Counted from the stretch's first letter, positions 29,699-39,646 are shown. The stretch: 64,000 nucleotides of DNA from Candidatus Aenigmatarchaeota archaeon (GCA_030018415.1 JASEGC010000001.1:535033-599032), one strand, 5' to 3'. Made by a program: numbers and translations. Notes: generated by a model from the sequence alone, not told the origin.

Positions 29699-29883
29699 AC
29701 TTTACCATATAAAAACTCAATTTCAAATAGTTTGGTGCAGACTTAAAATCTAGATTTTTCCTTCATAAAAGAGATATCTCACTAAAGTATACTTATATCA
29801 CCGGATAAGAGTAGGCAGTGGGAAAACTACCTCCATCTGCTCTTTCTTTCTTTTTTTCATTCAAATAGAAAATTAATTTCAAT

Positions 29884-29980
29884 AAGGTAGAAAATATTTT
29901 ATTTTTTCCTAGAAAGATTTTTTAGAAGAGTACTAAGCAAAAGAAGGAATTTTATGACATATAAATTTAAATCTTTAACT
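29884..29980 (+). promoter_or_regulatory. Bipartite upstream cassette, copy 3
   Basis: The sequence is AAGGTAGAAAATATTTTATTTTTT ... TATGACATATAAATTTAAATCTTTAACT. AAGGTAG to TATGAC spans 69 nt. It lies in the divergent intergenic region between the 7TM/wHTH pair and the 624-aa gene. Confidence 0.7.
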
Positions 29981-30005
29981 ATTAAGTACTAATAATGTGT
30001 TGTGA

Positions 30006-31880
30006 ATGAAAAAAATTTTGTTCATCGCTACGTTAGCAACTCTATTCTTGATAACTTCGGTTATCTCAACTACGATTTACGTCCGTCCAGGAAAATTGAT
30101 AGTTCATGCAGATGATTATCCTAATGCAACCTCTGTCGTTTATAACTTAACGCTCAGGAATGATAACGAGTTTCCAGTCATAGTTTCTTTCGTCAAGTCA
30201 GGAAACATCCAAACCCTTATTACAATCTTAGAGGATGGGTTCACGATGGAACCTGCTGAAATGAAGGATGTAGGCTTAGAAATAAGTTTGACAGGTCCAG
30301 CCACGGCTTCGGGCACCATCACAGTTGGGTTTACCCCATCTGAAGGTCAAGGGATGCCAGTGACTTATGGAGTGGATGTCACGATCTACGGAAGGGGTGG
30401 AGGCACGACAAAGAAGTGTGCTGGGACGAAAACTTCTTGTGGAACTTATCCAGACTGTAAAGATCTGACGAAATTAGACGGATGTTACAACGGTTATAAA
30501 AGGAGTTATTATTGTTCGAACAACCAACCAAAATATTCTGAATCATGCACGGATTACTGTTGTCAACAATTCTACGGGAGCGTAGGGAAATGCCAGAGCG
30601 GGGTTTGTAAAGGCCAAGCTTCTCCACCACCAGTTAAACTAGTTCTTAACATAACAAATGGATTAGGAGGTACTAGATCTGCAAAGATCACTCTTTATAT
30701 CCCAGGTACTAGTACGATCGTGAACACTTCAACTATCAACGGTTACGGCACGATTCATTCTTCAAATTCAACCGTAGATTTCATGATGGAATTCGATTCT
30801 TCTATACTGATTGTTCTACTGAAAAGCTTAAACCTGACAAAATTATCTGGAACTTCACAGATAATCATAGATGTTGTACCTACTTCGATCCCGAACGTGT
30901 CTCTAATTAAAGCATACAAAATTTCAATCCCAAGTACTTTCTCGTTTACAGGAATAATCTTGAAGATCAAATATTCTACTCTGTCTTTTGGAAACGAGCA
31001 AGGTTTAGCCATCTACAAATGTGGTTCTTATAACGATTTAACGAATGTATGCAATGATAATTGGGTTAAAATCAGCGCAACAAGAGATACTGTCAACGAC
31101 ATAATATCAGCAGAACTTTCGAGTTTTTCTGTGTACGCTCTGGGAGAGTCACAACAAACAACTACCACGACCACGACTCTACAAACCACAACCACACAGT
31201 CATCTTCATCCAGCAGTAGAAGTAGCGGTGGAACAACCACAACGACAACAATCCCTGAAACTCAAGGGAGTTTAACTTGTTCTGATGACGATGGGACAAA
31301 CTATGAGAACAAGGGTACTTGCACTCTGGATGGTTCAACTTACACAGATTTTTGTTCGAGTAACACAGCTTTGAGAGAATTCTACTGTTCCGATAGTATT
31401 TGTGCGATGGAGGAAAAGGATTGTGATGCCTACTGTAAAGAAAAACACGGACAGAACCAAACAGGAACTTGTTCGCAGGGTGCATGCGTCTGTAAGGAGA
31501 TCGTTATAGTAGAAGAAGTGAAGGAAGAGGGTAAGAAACCAACAGGTTTGTTCATCGATATTTTGGGAGCTAGCATAGCATCCAATGCATTCACAATAGG
31601 AACAGTCGTAGTCTTAGCTTCATTCGGGATATTCGGATGGAGGTATCAGGACAGACTGAAACAATTTTTCACGAGTACGTCTCATGGCAAATCAAAAGGT
31701 TCTTACTCTATTACCAGAGAAACACCGAGAGTTGGGTATGTCGAGATAAAGCCAGTAAAGAAAGAAATTGAACAACCAAAAGAACAACCCAGAGCACCAC
31801 CGATCGGGAATGATGTCAAGAATAAAGTGATAGAAGAGATAAGAAAAAGGGCAATAGAAGAGGATAGGAAGTTCAAATAA
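30006..31880 (+). CDS. Membrane-anchored surface protein: Ig-like N-domain, Cys-rich module A, beta-domain ending SSFSVYALGE, Thr/Ser linker, Cys-rich module B, TM helix, K/E-rich cytoplasmic tail
   Basis: 624 aa. The signal peptide MKKILFIATLATLFLITSVIS is paralogous to that of the 778-aa protein. Module A reads DGCYNGYKRSYYCSNNQPKYSESCTDYCCQ. The TM helix is FTIGTVVVLASFGIFGW. Confidence 0.75.
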   Translation: MKKILFIATLATLFLITSVISTTIYVRPGKLIVHADDYPNATSVVYNLTLRNDNEFPVIVSFVKSGNIQTLITILEDGFTMEPAEMKDVGLEISLTGPATASGTITVGFTPSEGQGMPVTYGVDVTIYGRGGGTTKKCAGTKTSCGTYPDCKDLTKLDGCYNGYKRSYYCSNNQPKYSESCTDYCCQQFYGSVGKCQSGVCKGQASPPPVKLVLNITNGLGGTRSAKITLYIPGTSTIVNTSTINGYGTIHSSNSTVDFMMEFDSSILIVLLKSLNLTKLSGTSQIIIDVVPTSIPNVSLIKAYKISIPSTFSFTGIILKIKYSTLSFGNEQGLAIYKCGSYNDLTNVCNDNWVKISATRDTVNDIISAELSSFSVYALGESQQTTTTTTTLQTTTTQSSSSSSRSSGGTTTTTTIPETQGSLTCSDDDGTNYENKGTCTLDGSTYTDFCSSNTALREFYCSDSICAMEEKDCDAYCKEKHGQNQTGTCSQGACVCKEIVIVEEVKEEGKKPTGLFIDILGASIASNAFTIGTVVVLASFGIFGWRYQDRLKQFFTSTSHGKSKGSYSITRETPRVGYVEIKPVKKEIEQPKEQPRAPPIGNDVKNKVIEEIRKRAIEEDRKFK

Positions 31881-31915
31881 ACATCTTTATCTTCTCATAG
31901 AAAAAATATTTAGAA

Positions 31916-32011
31916 AAGGTAGAAAATTTTTTTATTTTGCCTATAAAAGGAGAAAAATTTTCTATCTTCTTTAAAAAAGCTTTTTATGACAGATTAAATT
32001 TAAATCTTTAT
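31916..32011 (+). promoter_or_regulatory. Bipartite upstream cassette, copy 4
   Basis: The sequence is AAGGTAGAAAATTTTTTTATTTTG ... TATGACAGATTAAATTTAAATCTTTATT. AAGGTAG to TATGAC spans 69 nt. It lies upstream of the operon encoding the 159-aa, 877-aa, wHTH and 213-aa proteins. Confidence 0.7.
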
Positions 32012-32065
32012 TCCTTCATAGTGATAATAGAAGAAAAATAACCTCCCAGTAGTAACGTGATTTAC

Positions 32066-32536
32066 ATGAAAATGCTGTTTGCAGTTTTTATTGTCGTTTC
32101 CTTACTGATGATTCAATCGACTCTTGCTCTGACAGCTTATCTACGTCCTCCCAAGATGACGATTCGTCTGAACACTTCCGATACGATAGAAAGATCCTTG
32201 GAGATTAAAAATTTTAACAACATCACGATAGGCATCGGTACAAGAATTGTTGGGAATTTATCGGAGGTAGTGCGAATAGAAGAGTCAAGTTTTTATTTAG
32301 AGCCGAACGAAACGAGAACTTTGGATTTCAAAACAAAAGCAAACGATCCTGGAGTTTATGTCGGTGAGATACAAGTGACTTATTCAGCAAACTCTGGTCT
32401 ACCAGTTACTCTACCAGCTGAGATAATTGTCGTGGCAACGGAGAAATCAACACAAAATTACAACAATATTTTTATTTTAATCGTCACCCTAATCGTTGTA
32501 GTTGCCGCTATCATATTTATGAAAAGAGGGAGATGA
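32066..32536 (+). CDS. Small Ig-like (NEW3/CARDB-like) surface protein with signal peptide and C-terminal TM anchor
   Basis: This is the ORF-track entry 32057-32536, which starts at a GTG; the first ATG is at 32066. The protein is paralogous to the N-domain of the 624-aa protein (..[11 protein letters not shown]...[11 protein letters not shown]...[11 protein letters not shown]......[10 protein letters not shown]) and ends with a TM helix plus KRGR. Confidence 0.6.
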   Translation: MKMLFAVFIVVSLLMIQSTLALTAYLRPPKMTIRLNTSDTIERSLEIKNFNNITIGIGTRIVGNLSEVVRIEESSFYLEPNETRTLDFKTKANDPGVYVGEIQVTYSANSGLPVTLPAEIIVVATEKSTQNYNNIFILIVTLIVVVAAIIFMKRGR

Positions 32537-35166
32537 AGTCCATGTTTTGGCTCAAAAACGTCCTCTGCGGAATTTTTTTCATTCTTGTATTGACCTTAAC
32601 ATTCTCCGCAGTTCATGCTGTAAAAGTTGCCCTCGTCGTCAAGAACGTGAGCAGTTTATCTTACGTTCACGAAAAGAAAATCAGTAACGTTTTAGCACAG
32701 ATGAATCTAGAAGTCATTCCGATCGATAAGGATTCAGTAGTTAACTATTCAGAATTTGACCTCATAGTCGTTGCTGGTAGGCCAGGAAACGTCTATTCTT
32801 ACGAACATCTAGACAGTTTTGTGGCTCAGCTTCCAGTGAACGATTACCCCACGATAGCGATAGATGCAGCCTATCCAGACGATTGGGGCTGGTGTTTACC
32901 CGGTGGAATAAGTACTGTTTCTTCGACTGGTATACAAAAGATAAAGATCGTTAATAACACTCTTCCGATAACTTCAAAGTACAAAATTGGAGACATAATC
33001 CAAGCTCATATCATAGAAGGGAAAACGATGGTCGATCTAGTTGAGGGAAAGTACAAGTTGACCTCACTCGCATCTTTAACCAGCAACGATAAAAACACTG
33101 TGATAGCTGTTGCTGAACCGAAAACAAGTCTGTACAAAAATCAGACAACGAAAGCTAGGATAGTCTTCTTCGGTATAACAAATCCTTTATACTGGACTGA
33201 TGAAGCCCTTCAACTCTTCAAGAATTCTGTCGATTGGGTTTTATCTGACGTTGACGGAGATGGAGTCTTCGACTTTAAGGATAACTGTCCCCTTGTTTAC
33301 AACCCTGACCAAGCAGATCTAGACAAAGATGGTATAGGAGATGTTTGCGACAACTGTCCCCTTGTTTACAACCCTGACCAAGCAGATCTAGACAAAGATG
33401 GTATAGGAGATGTTTGCGATGACGATGTCGACGGTGACGGCATTCCAAACGATGTAGATAATTGCCCTCTAAAATACAACCCCGACCAATCCGACAAGGA
33501 TGGGAATGGAATCGGAGATGTTTGTGAAATACTTCCTTACCAAGTCTTTCTTGACGTTGATGATGACAGTATAAATGAAACAGCTATCAACGCTAACAAT
33601 ATAACAGACGATGGTTTTGAAATCTATCAAGACCCAAGCTCAAACTCCAAAGCCATAGCAATAGACGGAGATTTTGACGGAATGACAGATTGGCTGATCG
33701 ATATAACGCCTTATGGGACATACGACAAGTACTGGGATCCTGATGACATGATCTTAACGAAAGTCAACAGGACAGATTACGATTACTACATCGATGCGAA
33801 CGGTGATAACGTAACTGATGTCATATACAACTCAAAGTATAAAGCGTTCATAACAAGGCTTGATGTTGATTTTGACTCTAAATTTGAAATAGCTCTGGAT
33901 AAGGATTTTGATGGATCTTATGACGATTATAAAGATTTAGACTCATCCTCTACGCTTCTGGATAAAGTTGACGGCGACAGAGACAGGAAGAAAGATTTCA
34001 TCATCATGAAGGATAAGATCACAAAACCAGTAAAGTACTGGGATCCTGATGACAAAATACTGACTGATATCTTAGAAAAAGATGTGGATAATGATGGAGA
34101 TTTGGAATTCGCGATCGATGTGAATGGGGATAATAAATTCGACAGAATTTACGATAAAGGCATACTATACGATCTGTCAGACATAACTGTCTATTCCGTC
34201 TCGATAACCCCAACTTCCCCTGTCGAAGGTGATAGTGTGGAAATTATTGCAATGGTTAAGAACATCGGAGGTTACGATGCCACTAATTTTACGGTAGAAT
34301 GTATAGTTGATGGAAACAGCATAGCAAACAAGACCATTTCTTTGTCTGCTAGTAGCTCGACAGACCTAAAATTTGTTTGGAGTGCTCAAATAGGCTCTCA
34401 CACTATAAAAGTAAACGCTGATTCGGATGGTTTCATACTAGAATCTGATGAAGAAAACAACATGAAATCAACGAGTGTATCAGTATCTACCCGTATCCCA
34501 ATTGTTAGAGACATATTAAGAGATCCAATTTTAATACCATCAGGGAATGCGAGTTTCAGAGATTTCCCAGTGAAAGTTGAAATAGAGGTCGGAAGCAACA
34601 TCACGGTATCAGGCAAGTTTGGTAACAATTTAAATTACGACCTTTATAACGTCACTTTCAACCTGGAAGCAGAGGGATTGAACCCAGAATGGTATTCGAT
34701 CCATCCAAAAAAATACGATAGGATAGCAAAGAAGGAATCGAAAGATGTTTCTATCAAGTTTTACATACCGGAAAATGCTGAAATTTACACTTACACTATC
34801 ACTCTAAAGGCTGATGCAAATTCGATCGATGGTAAAAAGAGCTATTCACATAAATTTGCCTTGATGTTGAAAGAGAGGATCGAGATAACAACCACTACAA
34901 CAATCGAAGAAACAACAACAACGATTCCTCCTGTGGAAGAACCTTCTCCATTAACAGGCTTTTACGCATTTGTTAAGGAGAATCTACTGTCAGTAGTAAT
35001 AATAATCATAATAGTTATCATCGTGATCGTCTGGAAAGTATTCAAGATAAAAATCGAGTTTGTCGGTAAAAAAGGACAATACATCTATGGCAAGGGTTGG
35101 GTTTCTGTACAAAGGTTTAAATCCTTTTCTGTTTCAAGCTTAAAAGATTTACTTACTAAATGGTAA
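32533..35166 (+). CDS. Large surface protein: unknown alpha/beta domain, thrombospondin type-3 (Ca-binding) repeats, Asp-rich repeats, CARDB domain, Thr linker, TM anchor
   Basis: 877 aa. The TSP3 repeats read [24 protein letters not shown] twice, then [24 protein letters not shown]. The CARDB domain reads [38 protein letters not shown]...ESDEENN. The C-terminus has [14 protein letters not shown] followed by a TM helix. It overlaps the preceding gene by 4 nt. Confidence 0.85.
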   Translation: MKSMFWLKNVLCGIFFILVLTLTFSAVHAVKVALVVKNVSSLSYVHEKKISNVLAQMNLEVIPIDKDSVVNYSEFDLIVVAGRPGNVYSYEHLDSFVAQLPVNDYPTIAIDAAYPDDWGWCLPGGISTVSSTGIQKIKIVNNTLPITSKYKIGDIIQAHIIEGKTMVDLVEGKYKLTSLASLTSNDKNTVIAVAEPKTSLYKNQTTKARIVFFGITNPLYWTDEALQLFKNSVDWVLSDVDGDGVFDFKDNCPLVYNPDQADLDKDGIGDVCDNCPLVYNPDQADLDKDGIGDVCDDDVDGDGIPNDVDNCPLKYNPDQSDKDGNGIGDVCEILPYQVFLDVDDDSINETAINANNITDDGFEIYQDPSSNSKAIAIDGDFDGMTDWLIDITPYGTYDKYWDPDDMILTKVNRTDYDYYIDANGDNVTDVIYNSKYKAFITRLDVDFDSKFEIALDKDFDGSYDDYKDLDSSSTLLDKVDGDRDRKKDFIIMKDKITKPVKYWDPDDKILTDILEKDVDNDGDLEFAIDVNGDNKFDRIYDKGILYDLSDITVYSVSITPTSPVEGDSVEIIAMVKNIGGYDATNFTVECIVDGNSIANKTISLSASSSTDLKFVWSAQIGSHTIKVNADSDGFILESDEENNMKSTSVSVSTRIPIVRDILRDPILIPSGNASFRDFPVKVEIEVGSNITVSGKFGNNLNYDLYNVTFNLEAEGLNPEWYSIHPKKYDRIAKKESKDVSIKFYIPENAEIYTYTITLKADANSIDGKKSYSHKFALMLKERIEITTTTTIEETTTTIPPVEEPSPLTGFYAFVKENLLSVVIIIIIVIIVIVWKVFKIKIEFVGKKGQYIYGKGWVSVQRFKSFSVSSLKDLLTKW
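33283..33420 (+). repeat. Near-perfect 2 x 69-nt tandem duplication inside the TSP3 repeats
   Basis: AACTGTCCCCTTGTTTACAACCCTGACCAAGCAGATCTAGACAAAGATGGTATAGGAGATGTTTGCGA(C/T) occurs at 33283-33351 and again at 33352-33420. The copies differ only at the last base. Confidence 0.9.
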
Positions 35167-35171
35167 TTAAT

Positions 35172-35507
35172 ATGAAACCTCAAACAATCAAAGACATCTT
35201 TGATGTGAGTCAAGCCTTTGCTTCTGGAAAAAGATTACTTTTGCTGTTCATCCTGAAGAACGAGCCTATGGGTTATACAATCATAACCAAATACTTCGAG
35301 AGGATGGGTATTCCCATAGGAAGTAGCGAAGTCTACAAGCATATAAAACAACTGATTAATGGAGGATATATCACCAAGAAAAGTAATGCTTACGTCCTGA
35401 CTTTGAAGGGTTTGAGAGCTGTTGAGAATACGATCGACATAATAAACACGCCACCAACTACCCCAGAAGTGAAGTTATCCTTCAGAGAAGGCAAGAAGAG
35501 TAAATAA
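35172..35507 (+). CDS. Small winged-helix regulator (ArsR/PadR-like)
   Basis: About 111 aa. The wHTH pattern is KRLLLLFILKNEPMGYTIITKYF......SSEVYKHIKQLINGGYITKK.NAYVLTLKG. It abuts and overlaps the end of the 877-aa gene, consistent with one operon. Confidence 0.55.
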   Translation: MKPQTIKDIFDVSQAFASGKRLLLLFILKNEPMGYTIITKYFERMGIPIGSSEVYKHIKQLINGGYITKKSNAYVLTLKGLRAVENTIDIINTPPTTPEVKLSFREGKKSK

Positions 35508-35523
35508 TATTTAAAGTGGGAAA

Positions 35524-36165
35524 ATGGGATGGGAAAAGAATCCTTGGAAGACTGATTTCAGTAAAAAATACAGCTGGAATGGGTCAAGTTTGAAAATTCC
35601 TATAAACAAATCTCTGTTCATTACCTTGATACTAATCATTGTAATCGGGTTCTTATCGTACATAAATTACACTACAAGCAATTACGTTGCAATCCTAGAA
35701 ATCAATAAAACCAGCCTTGAAAATCATCTGAGTACATGCAAGAACGAGATACAATCCCTCTCTTCTGACTTGAACACATGCAACACAAACTTCGGCATAT
35801 GCAGAGAGAGTTTGTCGAATAGAACCTTATCCCTGAACAAATGCGAGAATGAAAAGAGTAGTTTAGACAGTGCTCTCTCTACTTGCAACGATAACCTGGA
35901 GGTTTGTGAAGATGACCTGAACGATTTCTATCATTTTTTGAATGAAAGAAACCTAGACGATCTGAACGATTTGAGGTACTACATAAGCGATTTGAAGAAC
36001 GATAAGAGTGATTGTGAGAGTAGCCTGAGTGCTTGCAATAACGATAAAAATACTCTGATAAGCAATTATGCAAAAGATTATTGTTGTTCTTTGAACAAGA
36101 CTCACTATACTGTTAGTAACAACAGAGTGATATGCGGTGCTTCAGGAACAGCCTTAACCTGTTAA
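35524..36165 (+). CDS. N-terminally anchored coiled-coil protein with periodic Cys
   Basis: 213 aa with a TM helix (LFITLILIIVIGFLSYI) followed by repeats of L(S/N)(T/K)C(K/N/E)NE-like heptads (LSTCKNE, LNTCNTN, LNKCENE, LSTCNDN, LSACNND). Confidence 0.5.
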   Translation: MGWEKNPWKTDFSKKYSWNGSSLKIPINKSLFITLILIIVIGFLSYINYTTSNYVAILEINKTSLENHLSTCKNEIQSLSSDLNTCNTNFGICRESLSNRTLSLNKCENEKSSLDSALSTCNDNLEVCEDDLNDFYHFLNERNLDDLNDLRYYISDLKNDKSDCESSLSACNNDKNTLISNYAKDYCCSLNKTHYTVSNNRVICGASGTALTC

Positions 36166-38216
36166 CTTTTCTGAACTTCTTTTGTAGGACATCTCATGTT
36201 CGTGCAGGAATTATACCATCTTCTCTTGAATTTAACAGCTATCATCGGGTAACCGCATACATCACATTGTTTATTCAAACCTTTCACTACACCTGTTTGG
36301 GGTAGAGGAGTCGAGAACTTGCAACCTTTGCTGTAATTTGAACATCCACAAAAACGTTTACCGCTCTTTCTCGAGACGATTATCTTTATATCACCACCGC
36401 ATTCAGGACATTTACCGATGATTTTTTCATTCTTCTTGAAGGAGATGTAAGCTTCTGAGAGCGCTTGACCAACCTTCTCTTCATTATTCTTGAAATCAAC
36501 CAAGATTTCATTTAGAACATCTTTAGCTTCGTTTATCACAGCGTCCATCTTCTTCTCTCTTTGCAATACCATTTCCATCTCCTCTTCAAACTTTCTTGTC
36601 AACTCTTCACTCACGATCTTCGGGCAGTATTTACTCAACACTTTCACGACTTTCTCACCAAAATCAGTGACTTCTATACTCTTTCCTTTTATGTATCCCC
36701 TATCATAAAGCGTCTGAAGTATCTCATGTCTTGTTGCTTTTGTCCCCAACCCTCTCTTCTCCATCTCCTTGATTATTGAAGCTTGCGTGTATCTGTTGGG
36801 AGGCTGCGTCTCTTTCTGGATCATCTTCAATTCTTTCACTCTCAACACTTGTCCTTTTTCTAACTTAGGTAGAATCCTCTCTTCAAGTTTAATGAAATCA
36901 TCATAATATTTTATCCATCCAGGATCTAAGGTCTTGACTCCAACTACTATGAAATCATGACCGTTTATACTTAGAGTTACTCTTGACATTTCTCTGATCG
37001 CAGGATCTCCGAACAAAGAGAAAAAGCGTTTCACTATCAATGCATATAACTTCATTTGTTGACTTGTTAGCCTTTTCGGTACTTCTCCTGTAGGGTAGAT
37101 TGCTATGTGTGCAGGGTCGACTTTCTTCCCTTCTCTCGGTTTCAGTATACTTCTAGACAATAATTCTTGACTAATATTATTGAAGGCATTTATCTGAGAC
37201 AACCCTTGTAAAATTTTCCTGTAGTCAATCTTCACTGGTAATTTCTGAGAAGCAGTCCTGGGATAAGATATCAAGGCTTGGTTGTAGAGTGCTTCGGCAA
37301 TGTTCAAAGTTTGATTTGGTGAAAAACCAAAGCACCTGTAAGCTTCTGTTTGTAGAGTCGTTGTGTCGAAGGGTAAAGGTTGTAGAACTTTGTATTTCTT
37401 GCTCTCCAAGTTCTTGACTATCGCATCCTTGCCTTCGCAATCTTTGAAAATTTCTTGAGCTTCATCCTTCTTCCAAATCTTATCTTTTATGTACAGAGCG
37501 ACTATAACTTTTCCATCCACAAAACAATGTAACTCCAATTGCCAGTATGGGATTGGAACAAAATTCTTGATCTCAAGTTCTCTATCAGTTAGTATTTTCA
37601 ATGTGGGACTTTGAACTCTTCCACTAGAAACGACTATGAAAGCATTCCTCATGAATTTTTTCATGGCTTGAGTCAATGCCCTACTAGTGTTAACTCCCCA
37701 AAAAAAGTCCAGATAATGGCGTGTTAAACCAGCTTCTGCTTGACCAATTTCTATATGCTCCATCATGTTTTCATATGCCTCGATGATATCAGGTTTCGTT
37801 AGGGTCGAGAATCTCATTCTTTTGGCATCTTTTTGGTCACAGATAAAGCGTATTATGTTGTAACCTATCACTTCCCCCTCTATATCGAAGTCTGTTGAGA
37901 CTATGAAACTGTCAGCATTTTTGCTCAGGAATTTGATGTTAGCGAAATACTTTTTCATGAACTCAGACCCTTTCTTGGTAAAAGTCGGAACCCATTCCAC
38001 ATCAAAAATAGGATAATCCCATCCATCTCCTTTTTTTGTATCCAGGACAAACAAATGACCCACAGCTGGCACGATTATGTGTTTTTTATTCTTTCTTACG
38101 AACTCCAACCAGTAAGCCCCACCCTTCCCGACCTTTTTCACACCATCTTCGGCCAGTGCAGAAGCTATCCTTAACGCAGCCTGAGGCTTTTCGGATATGA
38201 GAAGAGTGTAAGTCAT
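36162..38216 (-). CDS. topA: DNA topoisomerase, type IA
   Basis: 684 aa with a Toprim N-terminus (LLISEKPQAA), the catalytic region ..LISYPRTASQKLP and C-terminal zinc ribbons (CPECGG...CGCSNY, CDVCGYPM...C). Confidence 0.9.
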   Translation of the reverse strand: MTYTLLISEKPQAALRIASALAEDGVKKVGKGGAYWLEFVRKNKKHIIVPAVGHLFVLDTKKGDGWDYPIFDVEWVPTFTKKGSEFMKKYFANIKFLSKNADSFIVSTDFDIEGEVIGYNIIRFICDQKDAKRMRFSTLTKPDIIEAYENMMEHIEIGQAEAGLTRHYLDFFWGVNTSRALTQAMKKFMRNAFIVVSSGRVQSPTLKILTDRELEIKNFVPIPYWQLELHCFVDGKVIVALYIKDKIWKKDEAQEIFKDCEGKDAIVKNLESKKYKVLQPLPFDTTTLQTEAYRCFGFSPNQTLNIAEALYNQALISYPRTASQKLPVKIDYRKILQGLSQINAFNNISQELLSRSILKPREGKKVDPAHIAIYPTGEVPKRLTSQQMKLYALIVKRFFSLFGDPAIREMSRVTLSINGHDFIVVGVKTLDPGWIKYYDDFIKLEERILPKLEKGQVLRVKELKMIQKETQPPNRYTQASIIKEMEKRGLGTKATRHEILQTLYDRGYIKGKSIEVTDFGEKVVKVLSKYCPKIVSEELTRKFEEEMEMVLQREKKMDAVINEAKDVLNEILVDFKNNEEKVGQALSEAYISFKKNEKIIGKCPECGGDIKIIVSRKSGKRFCGCSNYSKGCKFSTPLPQTGVVKGLNKQCDVCGYPMIAVKFKRRWYNSCTNMRCPTKEVQKS

Positions 38217-38249
38217 AAATCAAAACTAATGAAATGATGCTTATAAACT

Positions 38250-39620
38250 TTACTCGAGAACAAAAGGTTTTGTCCTTCTCACTCTGCTCAATTCTTTCTC
38301 TATTTCGCCGATCTTCTTCTCAATCGTACTCAATCTTGCGGCAAAATCGACGAACACGTCAGAAGTTATCATCTGCATCTGGTTTATCCTCATATCTCTT
38401 ACTATTTTCTTAAAGTCCTCGTTCTCCAGGGATATGCGAGAAAGTATGTTCTTAAGGGAACTAATCTCATCGGCCAAATTCTTTGGAATTTCTTTTTCTT
38501 TCCCGACTTTTGGTGATTCTATCATTCTTCGGTATTCAAATAAAAGCTTGTCTATATTCTGGATGGATTTTTCCAGATCTTCAACACGATTCTTTAATTC
38601 TTCGATCTCTACTGGTGTCGTCTCGACAAAACCCCTACCTTCAAGTCTACTCATTCTCTCTTTCAGATCCTCGATCGTATTCTTAATTTCCAGTGGCAAT
38701 TCAGTTTTTTTAATCTTTTCTTCCAGTTCGCTTATCTTTGCTTGATAGTCTACTGGAACCTTACTTTCAATAGGAGTTTCTTCTGGTTTAATTCCTTCCT
38801 CAACCTTGCTTGGAAGTTTTATTTCCAAACGTTCAGCTTTTTTTGTCAAATCTTCTAAGAAGGCCATCTTTTTGTTGATGTTTATCTCAAACTCATTCAT
38901 CCTACTCAGAGTATCCATGACAGTCGAGCTCGTCTCTTTCAACTTCTTCTTCAGGATTTCTACGTCACCAACTGTCATCGACAAATCAGGAATGAGGTAT
39001 CTGAACTTTTCCACCTCATTCTCAACGTTTATCATCTTCCTGTCAAGAGAGTCAAAGCGTCTTATTATGTCATCTAAGTTGGTTAATTCGATCGTTCTCT
39101 CGAACGATTTTAAGGCTAGAGAAAAACCATCTAAATCGCTTTTAAGATGCTCTATTTCCACTCTGTTATATTCTATGTCCTTTTCCAATTCATCAACTTT
39201 TGAGGATATAGTCTCCTCTATGCTCTTTGCTATATCTTCCTTTAGTTTATTTAGCACTTCTAGGCTGGCAGACATCGTTTTAAAATTCTCGTTGATATCT
39301 TTCATCTTGTTTTCAAGGTTTAGCCTGATACTACTGATGGCATCTGGCAATTGCGAAAATTCAGAAATTTGGGCATTCATTCTTTCAAAAGCCTTTTTGT
39401 ATTCCACTAGACCCAGATTAACGACATTCAGAATATCTTCGATCTCAGCAGCCCTTTCTTTCAGTTTTGGGAATTCTGTTGCTATTTCATTCAGTTTATT
39501 GCTAAGTTGCCCTATTTTCAGTTCCAAATCTGCAAACCTTTTTTCTGCGATTAAATTGCCCAATCTTATCTTATCCTCGAACTTCTCGACTTTTTCTGCT
39601 ATCTCGTCTATTCTGGACAA
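38250..39620 (-). CDS. Long coiled-coil protein, unknown function
   Basis: 456 aa, rich in K, E, L and I with heptad character throughout. There are no TM helices and no nucleotide-binding motifs. Confidence 0.55.
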   Translation of the reverse strand: MSRIDEIAEKVEKFEDKIRLGNLIAEKRFADLELKIGQLSNKLNEIATEFPKLKERAAEIEDILNVVNLGLVEYKKAFERMNAQISEFSQLPDAISSIRLNLENKMKDINENFKTMSASLEVLNKLKEDIAKSIEETISSKVDELEKDIEYNRVEIEHLKSDLDGFSLALKSFERTIELTNLDDIIRRFDSLDRKMINVENEVEKFRYLIPDLSMTVGDVEILKKKLKETSSTVMDTLSRMNEFEININKKMAFLEDLTKKAERLEIKLPSKVEEGIKPEETPIESKVPVDYQAKISELEEKIKKTELPLEIKNTIEDLKERMSRLEGRGFVETTPVEIEELKNRVEDLEKSIQNIDKLLFEYRRMIESPKVGKEKEIPKNLADEISSLKNILSRISLENEDFKKIVRDMRINQMQMITSDVFVDFAARLSTIEKKIGEIEKELSRVRRTKPFVLE

Positions 39621-39646
39621 ACCTTCACCTATATATTATTTTCTCT

